Positions 36,031 through 49,989 of a DNA stretch of 64,000 bases are shown piece by piece. Source of the stretch: Camelus ferus (lineage: Eukaryota); assembly GCF_009834535.1 (NCBI RefSeq), contig NC_045699.1, positions 17,546,001-17,610,000 of the forward strand. The letters are read 5' to 3'. A program made the translations under genes and the position numbers. The notes beneath the pieces are model-generated. The model was not told the origin of the DNA. It saw only the letters and a list, made by a program, of their open reading frames with translations, and ran no database searches. Within the stretch, counting starts at the first letter, position 1, and each line of letters starts with the position of its first letter.

Positions 36031-37382
36031 GAGTGTAAGTGGGAACTTTTTGGCCCTACGATGCCTGTGCAATCCCAGCTATTCCGCTCCATGACCATTT
36101 AATGTTCCAGATAACGAGGGAGCTGAAGGAGGGAAGGGAAAGTCTAACTCATGGGACATGGTCTTTGATTTTCTCACTTTTAAACGCCCCGAGCATTTGT
36201 AGTTTTTGTTATTGTACCCTCGTGGTAGTATTATATCAACAACATTTAATAATTAAAAGATATCTTTACAAAAACAAACAAAGGAACCAGAGATGACGGG
36301 GGATGCACAACGCCACCCGCTATCCCTCATCACCTTCAGAAAGTGAAAGCTGGCTCTCAAGACGGGCTGAAACCGACCATCTGTTACTCTAAGCCCGAGT
36401 GCTGGCTACCCCTACACTTCTCCTAAATGGGGCTGAGGCAGAAGACATGAGTCTCCTTTTAGGAAAAAAACCCAGTATTTTGGAAATATGTAACTCTACC
36501 TACAATAGAGACAATCTAGTCCAGAGCATGTAGTAATTCAGAACCAATTAATTTTCTCTGATTTTATGGAAACACTTTGGGAGAAATTTTGCCCTGAGTA
36601 GGGGACGCAGGAGGCCTTTCTGGCTGACCTGAGGAAACAGGCTCCCAGAGGCAGAGTGCGGGGCAGGGTCGCAGGCAGCCCGGTGGATGCGTGGCTGTGT
36701 TATGGGGAAACTCCTAAAGTCATGCAGGGGCCGCTGTTCAGATCTTCACGTAGCTGAAACTTTATGGAGCTCTCAGTTGGAATCTTGGAAAATTAGGGAG
36801 ACAGTGAACTGAATTGCTGGAATCCATGGTGTGTGTCACAAGAGGGGAGATCCTGCGCCCATGGCATCAGGGGATGAGGTGGGGCACAAAGACAACGTGG
36901 GGTCTCGGTTGAAGACAGGGTCCTGTATCTGAGTGTGCCCTCGGTGTTGAAGGGGAAAGTTCACGGTACTGGTGAAAGATGGTCCTGACAACGTGAGATC
37001 CAGTGACAGAGGGAACTCTGGGTGGAGAAAGGCATCCAATGGTTATATGGTGAAAGAAAGGAAAGTAAGTGGGTGGTAGAGTCTAGTCAGAGGGTGGAGG
37101 CCAGCAGTAAGGAGGCCAGAATGAGCAAGGACAGTGGATCTCAAAGGTGACAGTGAGAAGTAGCTTCCTGGCTCCACAGACAACATAATGTCTGCTTCCT
37201 TGGTTACTCGAACTCCTCAGAGAAAAGATCTTGCTGCAACTGGTCCAGAAGGCCAACCACCAAAGGAAGCTTGGGCAGGTTCTTGAAAGAGACAGGAAAT
37301 ACAAACTACACTCAATAGCAGTATGGGGAAGGGCAGGCCTGGCAGGGGTCACACTCTCCCCCCAGTCTACTTTCATGATATC

Positions 37383-37770
37383 CTTTTTCTTTCAATTGAA
37401 GGATAGTTGATTTACTGTATTAGTTTCAGGTATACAGCACAGTGACTTGCTATTTTTATAGATTTTCACCATACAAACTTACCGTAAAATACTGACTCTA
37501 TTTCCTGTGCTGTACGTTGCGTCCTGGGGACATTTGTTTTACAACTGCTAGTTTGTACCACTTAAACCCCTTTATCTAATTCTCCCCTCCCCTCACTCCT
37601 CTCCCCTCTGGTAACTACTAGTTTGTTCTCTGCATCTGGGGGTCTGTTCCTCTTTTGTTATATTTGTCATTTGTCTTGGTTTCTAGATTCCGCATAAAAA
37701 TGAGAACACAGCATTTACCTCTCTCTGTGTGACTTACTCCACTAAGAGTAACACCCTACAGGCTTTTTAT
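37383..37770 (-). mobile_element. LINE-1 3' end fragment
   Basis: tttttctttcaattgaaggatagttgatttac..ttcaggtatacagcacagtga..tttcctgtgctgtac..cccctctggtaactactagtttgttctc. Confidence 0.75.
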
Positions 37771-40700
37771 AGCCGCTCCAGGGCTTGATCTCACAAAGTT
37801 TCTCTGAGGTTCCTCCTCTTACATCAACTCTAGGCTGCACCAGGGCCCTGGAATGCCACAGGCAATCTAGGAACAGGGATGCCTGAAATGACAGGAGAGA
37901 TGAGTCATCTTTCCCAGAGAGGAAGTAGGCCCAGCGCCATGTCAGTGCCTTTGCAGGGAGCTCTCAACAGAGAAAACGGGAGCCTGGGTCACATCAGATG
38001 AAGGCAGGATCTTGTAGGAAGCTGAGTAGAATGTTCCACTGGGAATAAACTCTTTCAGGATTAGATTACGAATGCCCAGGGATGCAAAGGCAAAGTTCAA
38101 TGACAATACATAGTAAGGTTCACGTGTACAGAGCTGTGTCATTTTAAAGCTCATTCATACACATTGTCCCAGATGATCATCACAACAACCCCTTGAGGTC
38201 TGCAGGCCAGTACTCTCTCAGAAGAGAAGCCTGAAGCTTAGGGAAGTTAACAACTTGGAATTAGGTCCAAAAGCAGGACCCAGAAATTCTGCCTCCAAAA
38301 CCAATATACCTCCTATCACCACTGTATCTTCCACTATATCTCATTTCACCACCTCGTGGGCAAGATCCATGGTCCAACTCAATCACTGCTCAGTTCCAGT
38401 GGATGGACTGAACGGGGATTAGAAGCGTCCCAAGCTTGATATGCTTCTGAAGAGGCTCCCTCCGAGGTCATTCTTCTCTGAGTACGACTGGTTCTAGGAA
38501 CTGATCTCCTCAGTGGTTGGAGAGCAGAGCTCTCACTGAAAAGAAATACTAAGGTTCATCCGGGGAGAGCCTGGCATTCAACAGCAGAACATTACCATTT
38601 ATGGCCCCAGCTTTTCTTTCTGCCTCTGTGTTGATGCTGAAAGACAAGGGAAAATTGACATGGGAAGACAACTTCACTGTTCTCTTTCTAAGAAGGCAGC
38701 AGACATTCATTACTAGTGAATAATGTAAAAGTCTACATTGACTTGAGATCTGTATTCTTTCTAAGTTACTCATTTTTAAAGCAGTTAAAATATTTTCTAA
38801 TGATCTTCTTTTATAAAACTCAACGAATGCTTTTCTGTATGTGGTCCTTTTAAAATATTTCACACACTAGTCCTCTGCTGGAGCCAGGCACAGAATCTCA
38901 GATCTCTGGGTCATGCATGCTCCGTGTGACAGGGCTCCACTCCTCAAGGACACATTCAGTAGTGTCTGATCAGAGACTTCCGGAGGAGCCTCAGCGTTGC
39001 TCTGCAGGTTGGCGCTGACACACCACGGTGGACTGGCCCAGAGACACCTGAGGCTGAAGGTGGCTGATACACAAAGGCAGAGGACTTGTCTTCCTCGGGA
39101 GGCTTAATGAGCCTGCACACGGGCCCTGAACCGACTGCTTGAAACCACCCTGGAGCCAGCCCTCTACCACAGCCACTTACTGAAAACATCTTACCTTCCT
39201 TATTAAATTCCAATCCACATTTTATCTAGAAGTGAATTAGCCCTCGTAATAGAATTTTCTTATACAAATTCCCTAAAAGTAAATGATAAGCAGTATCTAT
39301 TTCAAAAAAAAAAACTGCAGAAGCTGACAAATTGAGGATTCATAATATTTGAAACATGGAAAAACCAGGGAAACCCAAGAATGGTCATGTCTATCCCAGG
39401 ACAGTCAACTAATTCGTTCAGGAGCACTGAAAGAGGAGATGAAGAGACAAGAAATACTTTAAAATAATATGGAAACCCTGCCAAACTAAAATTGGGAAGG
39501 AAAGAAGGAAAGGAAAGAACTTAGGAGGTGGAAAGGAAAGAACTTAGGAGGTACAAAGGGAAGAGATTTCCCCCATGTCGAAGACTCTCTTCCTTACATT
39601 ACCTCCGAAATTCACACACAGGTCTTTTTTAACTACCTCAATTACATTACCGTGTAGGTTGTGGTAATATCTCTCAAAATCAACCAACTATTGAGATCTT
39701 CAAATGAATGAACTCTAATATCCTTTCATATACGCCTGAGCTTTCTTTCCCACCACTACAGAGGTGCAGGGATGCAAAGATCATTACTCACAGGAGCAAA
39801 GACAGCTAACTGTACTATTCATTTATTCATCATCGACTAAATGTCAAGCAATGAGCTCTGATATGAGAAACAGATTTGTGAAAGCATGGGAACTTACTAC
39901 TAGCAGAGACATTTAATGCTCTTCAACCCTGGGATGGATTTCTAATTACTGCTGCATTCTCTCCCTCCTCCCCCAGACTGACAGCTGTCACAAAGTCTCT
40001 TTACTGGAGATGAATCAGGAGGCTCTGGCCTGCACAGCCCGCTGCAGGTAGGATCAAAATTTCACCCTTTCTCTCGCCACGTAGCTATCGACTGGCCAGA
40101 GAGGCCATGGCCTTCTTGTAGCTGAACATTCATCCTCTCTATAATAGGAAAAACACTAAGTACTAGAGTTGATTCTTGCCAGTGAATGACTTATTCTTAG
40201 CTCTGGAGGAAATCCTTAAGAAGAGACAGGTACTCTCCTGTGTCAGAAGCCTGTGTACCAGATTTAGTTCCGCCCCTGTCATATGAGGACTGCTGGGGGC
40301 TCCCTTCCCGGGGACTGGGTGATCGGGTCCCACAGTGAACTGGACCCTGCTTTCTGCCCGCCTTAAGCTCTAGCTACTGTGACATCGTCAGCACAATGAG
40401 CTTCCCTCATGTTCCAAAAGCATTCCATTACAGAAAAAAGAGGGAGTCATTTTATAGAAATCTTTGTAAAATCTCAATCCGACTTTTGCTTCCCACTTGT
40501 AGATTTACAGCCAGAAAGTGAAAGAGAATAGGCAGTCAAGGTGAAGGGGTGAATGAGGGCACCAGTTTGAATGCTGACAGTTACTGCTTAAGGTCTTGTA
40601 CAAAGGCTACATGAACTTAGATTCACAACATATACGTATCTTTCCACAATAGTATACCAACCCTTCTGTAGGGATGTCTATATTGGGATACAAGAAAACT

Positions 40701-41029
40701 ATATGGTATGGGAAGGAATGGATGGATCAAGGAAAGCGGGGAGGGAAAGAGGAAATACGGTCTTCCTGGAGACGCTAGCTGGTACTCTGCTTTTTAGGCT
40801 GCCCACTTTTGACAGTCAGTCAGATACTGAGAAGGAGGTGGGCCATTTTCAAAGCATTTTGGAGAAGGAAATAAATAATACCCCAATATGGATTGAAGTG
40901 GAGAAAGAAAAAATAGCTATCATTTAGTCAGTCCTTACTGTGTAGAAAGCACTATGCTAAGTGCTTTAAAATGAATAATTTTTTTTACATGTTAACACAG
41001 TTTTACTTTTCATAAAAAAGGCCTTATTT

Positions 41030-41320
41030 TCCAAAGCAAAAAGGGGGGGGGTCGTGAATAGAGCGATATTGTTTTTGCATTTTTGCAATTCTCTTTAATG
41101 TTTGGGTTAATAGAATACAGCTGGATTCTCATGTCTGCCTCTGCATTCAATCTGTGCTGCGATGACACTTCATGCAGCTGCTGGAAAATTCCACTGCACC
41201 CTTGTGAGAGGATGAAAGTGAACGAAACAAATGACATCTTCAATTATTAGGAGGACAGTTTTCCCAAGACCCGCAGAAAGCTCTTCGGTAGTCCTGGGAC
41301 CTCACTTTGTGAACCACTGC
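41030..41320 (+). mobile_element. hAT-Charlie DNA transposon fragment
   Basis: Resembles my recollection of a Charlie1-type terminal sequence (tttgcaattctctttaatg..aatagaatacagctggattctcat..cactttgtgaaccactg). Confidence 0.55.
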
Positions 41321-43299
41321 TTCATAGAGATTATTTGATTATTTATCACTTCCCTCTGACTGTGAGCTGTGAGCGTAGGGTCGAGGTAATGAATGTGTTT
41401 ACTATAAGAGCTCCATGACTATTTCTAACACATTTCATCTTTGAGCATATCAAAGCTCAAGGAGGTTGAGTTCCCAAGACCACTCACATGTCCTGGTACA
41501 CACACAGCTCAATGCAAAAAACTATATTTTGAATTAAAAGAGGTTTTTAAAATTTCATATTTTGGAGACATATCTCTCTATATATAATTAACTATATCTA
41601 CATCTCTATATATAATTTTTTAACCACTTTCTACCTGCCCCCCGTCACTCTTTTTCTTGCTTGCTGCCCTTCTTTATTTGGAAGCTACTGTTGCATTTTT
41701 TTGCTGGTTTTAACCTAAATGATGAAAGAGTATTTGTTTGTTTTTATAATTATACAAGAACTACATAAAAATAGAACTTCATAAAAATATTTACTTTGAT
41801 ATGTGTGTGTGTTGAAAATTTTTTCAATCAATTCCAATAAATAAAAGCATTTGACCACTATGGGGTCACTTCCCAAGTCCAGCCACCTTCCAAGAGGTAA
41901 CCACTGTTAAGTGTTTGATGGGTATTCTTTCACAGTTTATGTGTATGTGTGTGATTGTGTGTATGTTTATATACATGGCATTATGCCGGAAGTATTATTC
42001 AATATTTTTTTTAACCTAATATTCGTTCAGAAAATATTTCCATCTCATTACATATGGCCTGACCTATTTTCATATAACCAGTGGGTGTAGCAGAGTTTAA
42101 TTACTATTTGATAGTTATACTGTTATGGATATTTAAGTACAAACAATACTGCAATAAATATGCAAGTGTGCCTTTATCCTCATGAGAGAACATAGCCCTA
42201 AATTAGGCACCTAGAAGGAAAACAGCTTGGTCAAATTTAGTAGAATGGCTTGGTCTACTTTCATGTGCATTTTGAATACTAATAGTTACTGCCTAACGTT
42301 GTATACAAAGGCTACGCTAATTTATATTCAACACATTAGATATGGATCTTCCCACAATATTATGCCAAGTCTGTATATAAGTGATCTTTTACATCTTTAA
42401 TTTGTCTTTTTCTAATCGGTTATTGTATTACTCAAGAAAATAAAAACTATACCACTTCTTTTAACAGAGAGAAATGAATATAAAGGAAATAGACCAGGAA
42501 AGTTATTGGAGACCTTGGGGAGCCGAGGGAAGTATTGGAGGTTCTCAGAATCTGTAAGTTTGGAGAAGGGGACACCCGGAGTTGGTGTTAGAATTCTGAG
42601 GGGAAATGGCCGCCCTGCTGATGCTGGTATCTTGGGGATTTGAAGGAGGGTTCTATTCTCACAAGTAGGAGTTGGCTATGGTACCTTGAGAACTGAAATG
42701 AGAGGAATCAGAACAGAGCACCGTGGAAACATGCTGGAAATGGCAGCTGACGGTTGTTGCTGGAGTTATGTTGACACAATACAACAAAGTAAGGAAAGAG
42801 GAAGGCCCATCGCCTTCTTCCAGACTTCCCATCTCTCCTTAGACACCCTACTACAAGCAGAACCTAACAGGAAACAAGCTGGGAAGGGTGAAAAATGATT
42901 CACAGAATCCGAGCACCATCAGTACAAAGCAGGATAGAAAAGAGCACGTTTGCAGCTGAGACACAATAGTGAAGCCAGCACAGCAGTGAAGTTGACAATC
43001 GTTCCCTGTATGATGCTGGGATCTGTAGTAGGAAATACAGATTTGTTTCTCATCCCTGTTTCTTAGGAGCACAGAGCTCCTAAGGAGAGCAACAAAGCTG
43101 TCTTTTGTTATGTTAGTGACATGACTCTGGGACTTGAACTAAGTAAGGGTGGGGGCTGCTTACTAGAAGAACCAACCACGTGATTAGAAGGTTGGCACTT
43201 TCAGTCTCAAGGTCTCCAATACCCACTGCTCCAACCTCCCAAGAGGGGCTGACACATAGTAACTGACTATACTTCAATTAAAAATAAATTAATAAATAA

Positions 43300-45000
43300 A
43301 ATTAAAAATTAGAAAAAAAGAACATTCTAATGGAGAATGCATTTGTTGAAGTTGGCATATTTATTCCAAAGAATCCTTGACTTTGTTTTTCATGCATACA
43401 AGTTAAACAATATCAACGATGAATGAAATATTCTAAATGCAAAAAAAGTTTCAAAGATTAGAAGAATTTAAACACAATTTGTTGTGTAGTCATGGACTAC
43501 AAAAATGCCATGTTTCATCCTGATGCTTTTCTAAGCAACTAAACTATATTTGAATTTACAATTTCATAGATAAGGCTATGCAGAAAGTGATAAAACCAGA
43601 GAAACAAAAATGGAAATCTTGTGTGTGATTTTATATGTTGTTACACTTTATGTAAAAAAAACTTTTACCTCTTGGAGGATCACAAAAACATTACTGGAAG
43701 TCCAAATGCTGTATGTTTCTAAATTTAGTTAAAACATAATAATAAAAAGGAATTTGTATCTTATTTGTGTAATAAAATTCAAAAGAAATTTATAATGCTA
43801 CCAGGAAACCATGTTAGATCTGGACAAATATCAAGAATGTAAGAAAAATACCTTATTTTTTGATTATATACCATTTGTAGCCCAATCATGAACAAATGTA
43901 GTGGATTCAGGTATGTTTTCATATAGAATAATAACAAAACAATCAAATAGAAGAATGATCTATTGACCGCACTGAAATAAAAAAAAAAACTGAGTATGGT
44001 CAACTTAGGAAATCAATCCATTGGAATACTACGATAGCGAAACAAAAATGCTCTGGGTCGAGGATATGAAAATACAGAAAAGTGCATGCAATCATGAACG
44101 ATCCATTATTTGCCTTAAAAATGATTATGCTAAATTTGTGTCTTATTCAACTCATAATGTTGCTTTTGTGACTTGAAATACAATAAGCATTTTTAGTGTT
44201 GTATAAAGGATACATGCATTTTCTTTAGTTTTGCCTGTCCTAAAAACTACATCAAAAACAGACACTCGATGGGTATCCGGTCAAACGCAATCATGACACT
44301 TCACACACAACCTAAAGATGTTTACCAAATATTAAAAGATATAATATCAAGTGACAATATACATTATGCTGAAATCTAAAGCATCTTGGCACAAATAGGT
44401 TATTTTATGCAATTTAATTTGGTGAGATGACATTTTGAACCAAGTGGGAAAATTTAATAAAGCTCTACCAAAACCCCCAGAAACCCATCCACATATAAAG
44501 CAGCTGGCTTCACAGAGGCCTATCCGTTGCTTACAACAAATGAGGGAAAGTAACTTTGAAAGTATGCTGATAAATGGAAAATGCTAGGAACAGATATGAA
44601 TGCACTTTCCGAATTTGAAAATAAATGGGAAAAGAAGTTAAGAAATTGGAAATGTCGGAATCACTGGATGAAAGTATCCATTATTATGGGCTATAAGCAT
44701 ATAAGCCATTAACTTGGCTCTTAAATATTATGATGATTTAAGTTCTGTACAAATTAATTTTCAGTGGTTTTAAGCAAGATTCAACATCAGTAATTTGTAA
44801 TATAAAACTGATTTCATGTTTGGATCTTCTGAAATGATTCATGAATGTGGTTTAATGCAATCTTACCAAAATTTGGAAGTGGTCTTGTAAATTTTATAGA
44901 AAATACTAGTCACAGTGGGATGCTGCCAAACAATTCTCAGTGAACTGAAGTTAATTAAAAATAATTTAAGACCACAAAATATGTCAAAAACAGCAATCTT
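43300..45000 (+). mobile_element. Decayed hAT (Tip100/Zaphod-like) transposase remnant
   Basis: 44860-44990 reads PNLEVVL*IL*KILVTV...LSELKLIKNNLR, a degenerate hAT C-terminal dimerisation motif (P-x-x-ALRILLTLPVTVASAERSFSKLKLIKNYLR). Confidence 0.6.
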
Positions 45001-45009
45001 TTTTTCTTG

Positions 45010-45690
45010 CAGATTAAAAAAGTTGAAGTATAGTTGATTTACAGAGTTTCAGGTGTACAGCAAAGTAATTCTTATACATAGATATGTACATACATCCTTT
45101 TTAATATTCTTTTCCATTATAGGTTCTTACAACATACCGAAATAGTTCCCTGTGCTATACAGTAGTTCCTTGTTGATCTACTTTATATATACTAGTGTGT
45201 ATCTGTTAATCCCAAATTCCTAATTTATCCCTCCCCTCACTTCCCCTTTGGTAACGGTAAGTTTGTTATCTATCTCTGTGAGTCTCTTTCTGTTTTTTAA
45301 ATAAATTCAGTGGTATCATTTTTTAAGATTCCACATAAAAGTAATATATGATATTTGTCTTTATCTGACTTACTTCACTTAGTATGATAATCTCTAGGTT
45401 CATTTATGTTGCTGCAAATGGCATTTTTTTCTTTTTTTGAGGCTAATATTACATTCTATATATATATATATATATAGTAACAACCTTTAATGAAAAAGAA
45501 CAGGAACACGAATGTAGACACATATATATGCATGACTGGGACATTGTGCTGCACACCACACAAAGAAGGATAGATACACCACTTCTTTATCCAGTCAGCT
45601 GTGGATGGACATTTAGGTTACTTCCATGTCTTGGCTATTGTAAATACTGCTGCTATGAACATTGGGATGCGTGTATCTTTTTGAATAAAA
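45010..45690 (-). mobile_element. LINE-1 3' fragment with a nested short plus-strand L1 tail piece at about 45480-45560
   Basis: aagttgaagtatagttgatttacag..tagttccctgtgctatacagtag..tttaagattccacataaaagt..gatggacatttaggttacttccatgtcttggctattgtaaat. Confidence 0.8.
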
Positions 45691-46009
45691 ACAGCAATTC
45701 TTCACAATGAAAAGAAGATAATCAAAGAAGTATAGTTTGAAAATGGATTAGTTTCCTTTTATTAGCATGAAGAAAGTAAAATTATAATGACTTCTGCTTT
45801 GGGTATAGGTAAAACATTTAAATTTAAAATGTTAATTTTAATTTATTTACTTTTAATTTTTCCATTTTTTTCAACTAGTTTAGCGCGGTAAGGAAACTTA
45901 ACCATTTTCAAAATTCATAAAAGCAAGCGCATAGGGGAACAGTTTATCTTTTGCCTCCAGCCAGCCTCAGCTGGGCACTGATCGAGTCCCTGTCATTCCA
46001 CCTGGAGGA

Positions 46010-46570
46010 CTGGAGGATCCCATTACTTCGTACATTCATGTCCAGACTGTAGCTGCCTTTCCCCTTTCCCTGAATTCGACTTTCTCCTCAGAAACATTCC
46101 TCAGTCTGAGAACACAGCACAACACGCCCTGCTACCGAGCCGTCAAGCCCCGAAGAAACCCACGCGGGTGTGAACCGCTCGGGCCAAAGCCTCCTGCCAG
46201 GAAGGGAAGGACGGGCGCGGGCAGGTGCGGAAAACGAAGGGCTCTGGGCGAAGCCGCGGCCGGCGGGGACCGGGAGGCCCGAGAAGGAAGCCGACTCACC
46301 GCTCTCGCCGCCCCCACGCGCTCGCGGGGCCCCGGCGGCGCCTCTCCCGGGCCGGGGCTCCTGCCCGCGGCGAACCCCACGTCCTCCCCGTGGCCGCAGC
46401 GCCCGAGTCCGTGGGGGCGGGACGCCCAGGCGGGTCCCGCGGGGTGGGCGGTGCCTGTCGGGCCGGCACGGCGAGCTCGCGCGCCCCCTCCCGGCCGGCG
46501 GGGCGCGGTGGAGACAGCTTTGCGCGCACTCGATGAGCGGCGGTTTGGGGCGCAGTTTCACTGTGGTCCA
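46010..46570. promoter_or_regulatory. CpG-island-like block A, copy 3 of 3, abutting an IFN-delta-like pseudogene
   Basis: Core nearly identical to copy 2. Shared sequence ends at cactgtggtcca (about 46570), 18 nt before the ATG at 46588. Confidence 0.75.
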
Positions 46571-46587
46571 CTACATCACTGAATTGA

Positions 46588-47080
46588 ATGGCATAATCTA
46601 TTCGCTGATGGCGCTGGTGATGCTTTTGTTCCAGCCCCTCCTGCTCTCCCGGCGGTGAAAAGCAGGAAACCCTCATGCTTTTGAGATATCTGAAAAGGAT
46701 CGCTTCTCAGTCACACCAGAATGACAAGAACCACTTTAATTTTTTTCGCTACAAAATAGGAGATATCAACATCCAGAAGACGCAAGCCACCAGTTTCTGT
46801 CATCAGATTCTCAATCTGTTCCACATAAACTGCAGTACAGACCTTCAATCTGTTCCACACTGAAGACTGCAGTCAGTTTGGAGAAAGAGCTGCTGGTTAA
46901 GTTACTCTCTAACCAAACTGGAACTGGAGCAGAAGATGAAAGTAGACAATCTTCTGGCTTGTCCTTACTTGGGAATGTTGTCCAAAAGTACTTCTAAGAA
47001 ATCAGCAGTTATCTAAAGGAGAAGTAATACAGCTGCCTTGCCTTGGAGGTTGAGTGAAGTGCGCTTTTCCCCATTTAGTA
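46588..47080 (+). pseudogene. IFN-delta-like pseudogene
   Basis: ATG GCA TAA...LMALVMLLFQP...KQETLMLLRYLKRI...QKTQATSFCHQILNLFH...DNLLACPYLG...VVQKYF*EISSYLKEK*YSCLALEV. Several stops and frameshifts, plus a 34-bp internal duplication (tcaatctgttccaca at 46811 and 46845). The NLxCP-like motif ties it to the delta class. Confidence 0.72.
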
Positions 47081-48950
47081 AATTCTAAAGAAAAATCGGG
47101 AAATGAGAAAATTATTCTCATGACCCTCTAATCTGTATATTATTGCCTTGCCTAATGAACATATTTTTCTAAAAAATAAAGAAGAGCAGGCATGTTACCA
47201 TTTATTCTCTGTGCAGTTACTCTGTTACTCTAAAGTTCTGAGTGTGACCATCCGTGTTCACAGTCCAGCTTTTCCCAGAACATTGCTAAGTGTGCACTCG
47301 GATTTCTGGGGATACGATGACCTCTGCAGTATGTGCTTCTGTAGCTGCCTAAAGGGGACATTTTCAAGTTGAAGAACTGTATGTAGTGGGAGGGGCTAGT
47401 ACATCATGCTCTGGTTTTCCAAAGGATGGGGGCTTTAGGAAGAGGGACAAGGTTGTTGGTGACTGTTATTGGTATCTTACCCATAGGGCTGTGAGTGTGT
47501 TCTTTAGTTTCAAAAATTCATCAGTCTGTCCTTGATCCCATAAAACAGGACCAACAGAATCTGAGAGATGATCAAGCATATAGAAACTCTCACTACAATC
47601 CTGGCTAGGAAATTGTTACTGATGAGAAAATACAGACTTGGGTTAAATAATTTTCCTTATAGCTCAAATGGTTCAAAACAGTACCTGGAATTGAATCCAG
47701 GTCTTTCTGACTTCAAAGCCAGCACAGTCTTGCCCCTTGATCTGCTGCCTTTCCACAGTGGAAAACACTAATACAGGAAATTCTCCTGTACTGTAGATGA
47801 TATGGACAATGGCTTTCAACACAGGCACCCTGTTCAACGTGAGCTGTGGCCTTGGGTTGTGACAGTGACTGACTTGAAGTTTAGAACTACTGAATATCCT
47901 TGACATGGGGGTTATTGTGCCTGATTCTTCCAGCTGAAAGCAATCATGAATGTGACTCAGGTGTGACAAAACGAAAGCCCAATCCTGTTTTTCCCCTTGA
48001 TGTCACTAAGTTGGTCAAAGGCATCGTCATCCCACAATCTTCCAAGCTAGAGTTATCACTGCCATCTCGCTCAGCAAGATGTTGCCTCTTAGGCAACAAG
48101 TCATCACATCCCATCCAAAACAGAAGTCTGATAAAATCCTGAAACGACTCAACTTTTGTTGGGAGAACTGTGGGAGAAAGAGCAGATTGCTCATTCATCC
48201 TACTCCCCTCATATCAGACTCAGAGATACAAGTTCTACAAAGGGAGGGGAACTCAGCCTAGGCTAGACAGAGATGGCCATCTCAGTAAGGGCTGTGTGGC
48301 ACTCTGACCGTGTTAGGATCATTTGGGGGGAGTATATTCAGCTGCCAACATATAGTGTCAGCAAACCACTACATTGTGACTTGCTCAGCCCAGTGGATTC
48401 CCATGTCTAGGACCTAATCATAAAACTCAGTTGTCCTTGGACAGCATTTTGCAAAGTTTTCTTTTATCCAGAATCTCATTGGAGATGTTATGAAGAGTGA
48501 TTTTCAGATCAGAGATGGGAAGTGACTTCCATCTAGGCTGTGGTGGGATTCAGAGATAGGACTCACAGCCCATTCTGAATGTATAACTAGCGCTCTTTTG
48601 GACATGTTGAATCTATCCACGTTTTACCTTGTCACCAGTCATGCAAGATTGAGAAAGATTCTCAACACTAGTAAGGTGTGCTGATGGAGACTCTTATTTC
48701 CAGCAGCACTGAGTGAATGGTATGCTTCCTTCCCCCTCAGGTGGCTGTGGCTGACAGGATAGCTCAGATGCCCACAAGTCACCCTCCTGGAGCCCCGAAT
48801 TCAGAAAGCCTATGCCCTGCTCACCCTGAACCTCACTCCTCCCCCCACTTCTCCTCTCATCCTCCTATGGCATCCATCTACACCAGAAGCAAATCTTCTG
48901 TCACCAGCATAAGTGTATTCAAGACCCCGAGGATTCTTCCCTTCACCTAG

Positions 48951-49310
48951 TTTTATTGAGATATCGTTGACGAATAATATTGTTTTAGTTTAAAGTGTAC
49001 AGCATAATGATTTGATATATGTATATATTGTGAAATAATCACGATAAGTTTAGTTAACATCTGTCACCTCACATAGTTAACAATTATTTTTCTTGTGATG
49101 AGAACTTTTAAGATCTTCTCTCTTAGCAACTTTCAATACAGTATTGAAATACAGTATTTATACAATACAGTATTGTTGATTACCGTCATCAAGCTGCACA
49201 TTACATCCCCAGAACTTATTTATCTCGTAACAGGAAGTTTGTACCATTTGACCGTCTTCACCCATTTTGCCCACCGCCAACCCCCACCTCTGACAACTAC
49301 CCATCTGTCG
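48951..49310 (-). mobile_element. LINE-1 (L1MA-type) 3' end
   Basis: ttttattgagatatcgttgac..aagtgtacagcataatgatttgatatatg..tacatccccagaacttatttatctcgtaacaggaagtttgtacc. Confidence 0.75.
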
Positions 49311-49989
49311 CCCGCTTTCATGCTCTTCATGTATATTTATTCATTTAATACAATAATCCTATGAAAAATACTATTACTGTCCCCTATGTTAAAGGTGAGG
49401 AGTGTAGTATTTATGTTATTTGCAAATTTTTCACTACTGGTAAATAGAGCTGGGATCAAACCCTGGCTCCAGAGACACATTCCTTAACCGCTAAACAACT
49501 ATCATGGCATGCTAGATCACTAGTCCAAAATAGTACAACAAGATGTGTTGAAGAATAACCACTAGCCTGCACACAGCACTTTGTATATGGTTTCACAACT
49601 ACTCTTTCCATTTGTATTCCCTCCCGTGCAGCTGCAACACTATGGGGTGGTGTGAGGTTCTGAGATGGGAAGGCTCTTGTTCATGAGCCACAGCTGGTAG
49701 GGAGCACAGTTAGACTTGATCTCAGGACAGATTAGGGTCTCGATTATTATCGATTTCACAGAGGGCAGTAGTAGAGACCAAGAAGGGTAAAGTGAGCAAT
49801 AGTCCTCTAATTCCAGAGAACCCAGCACATGTTTGGTGCTAAGGTTGTAAGAATTTCTAGAAGTACCTTGTCTGTGGACTGAATGTTTAGATGCAACATG
49901 GCCATGGCCCCTCAGAACCTGTGGGTAGGGGGTCTTCAAGAAGGACAAATACTGTATGATCTTACTTATATGTGAAATCTAAATCACTG

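Noticed and set aside
38549-39213. Possible IFN-epsilon/kappa-like N-terminus (SATFSL...TLRLL) on the minus strand
   Set aside because: No downstream CLKD/HEMLQQ/YF/CAW motifs could be recovered in any frame.
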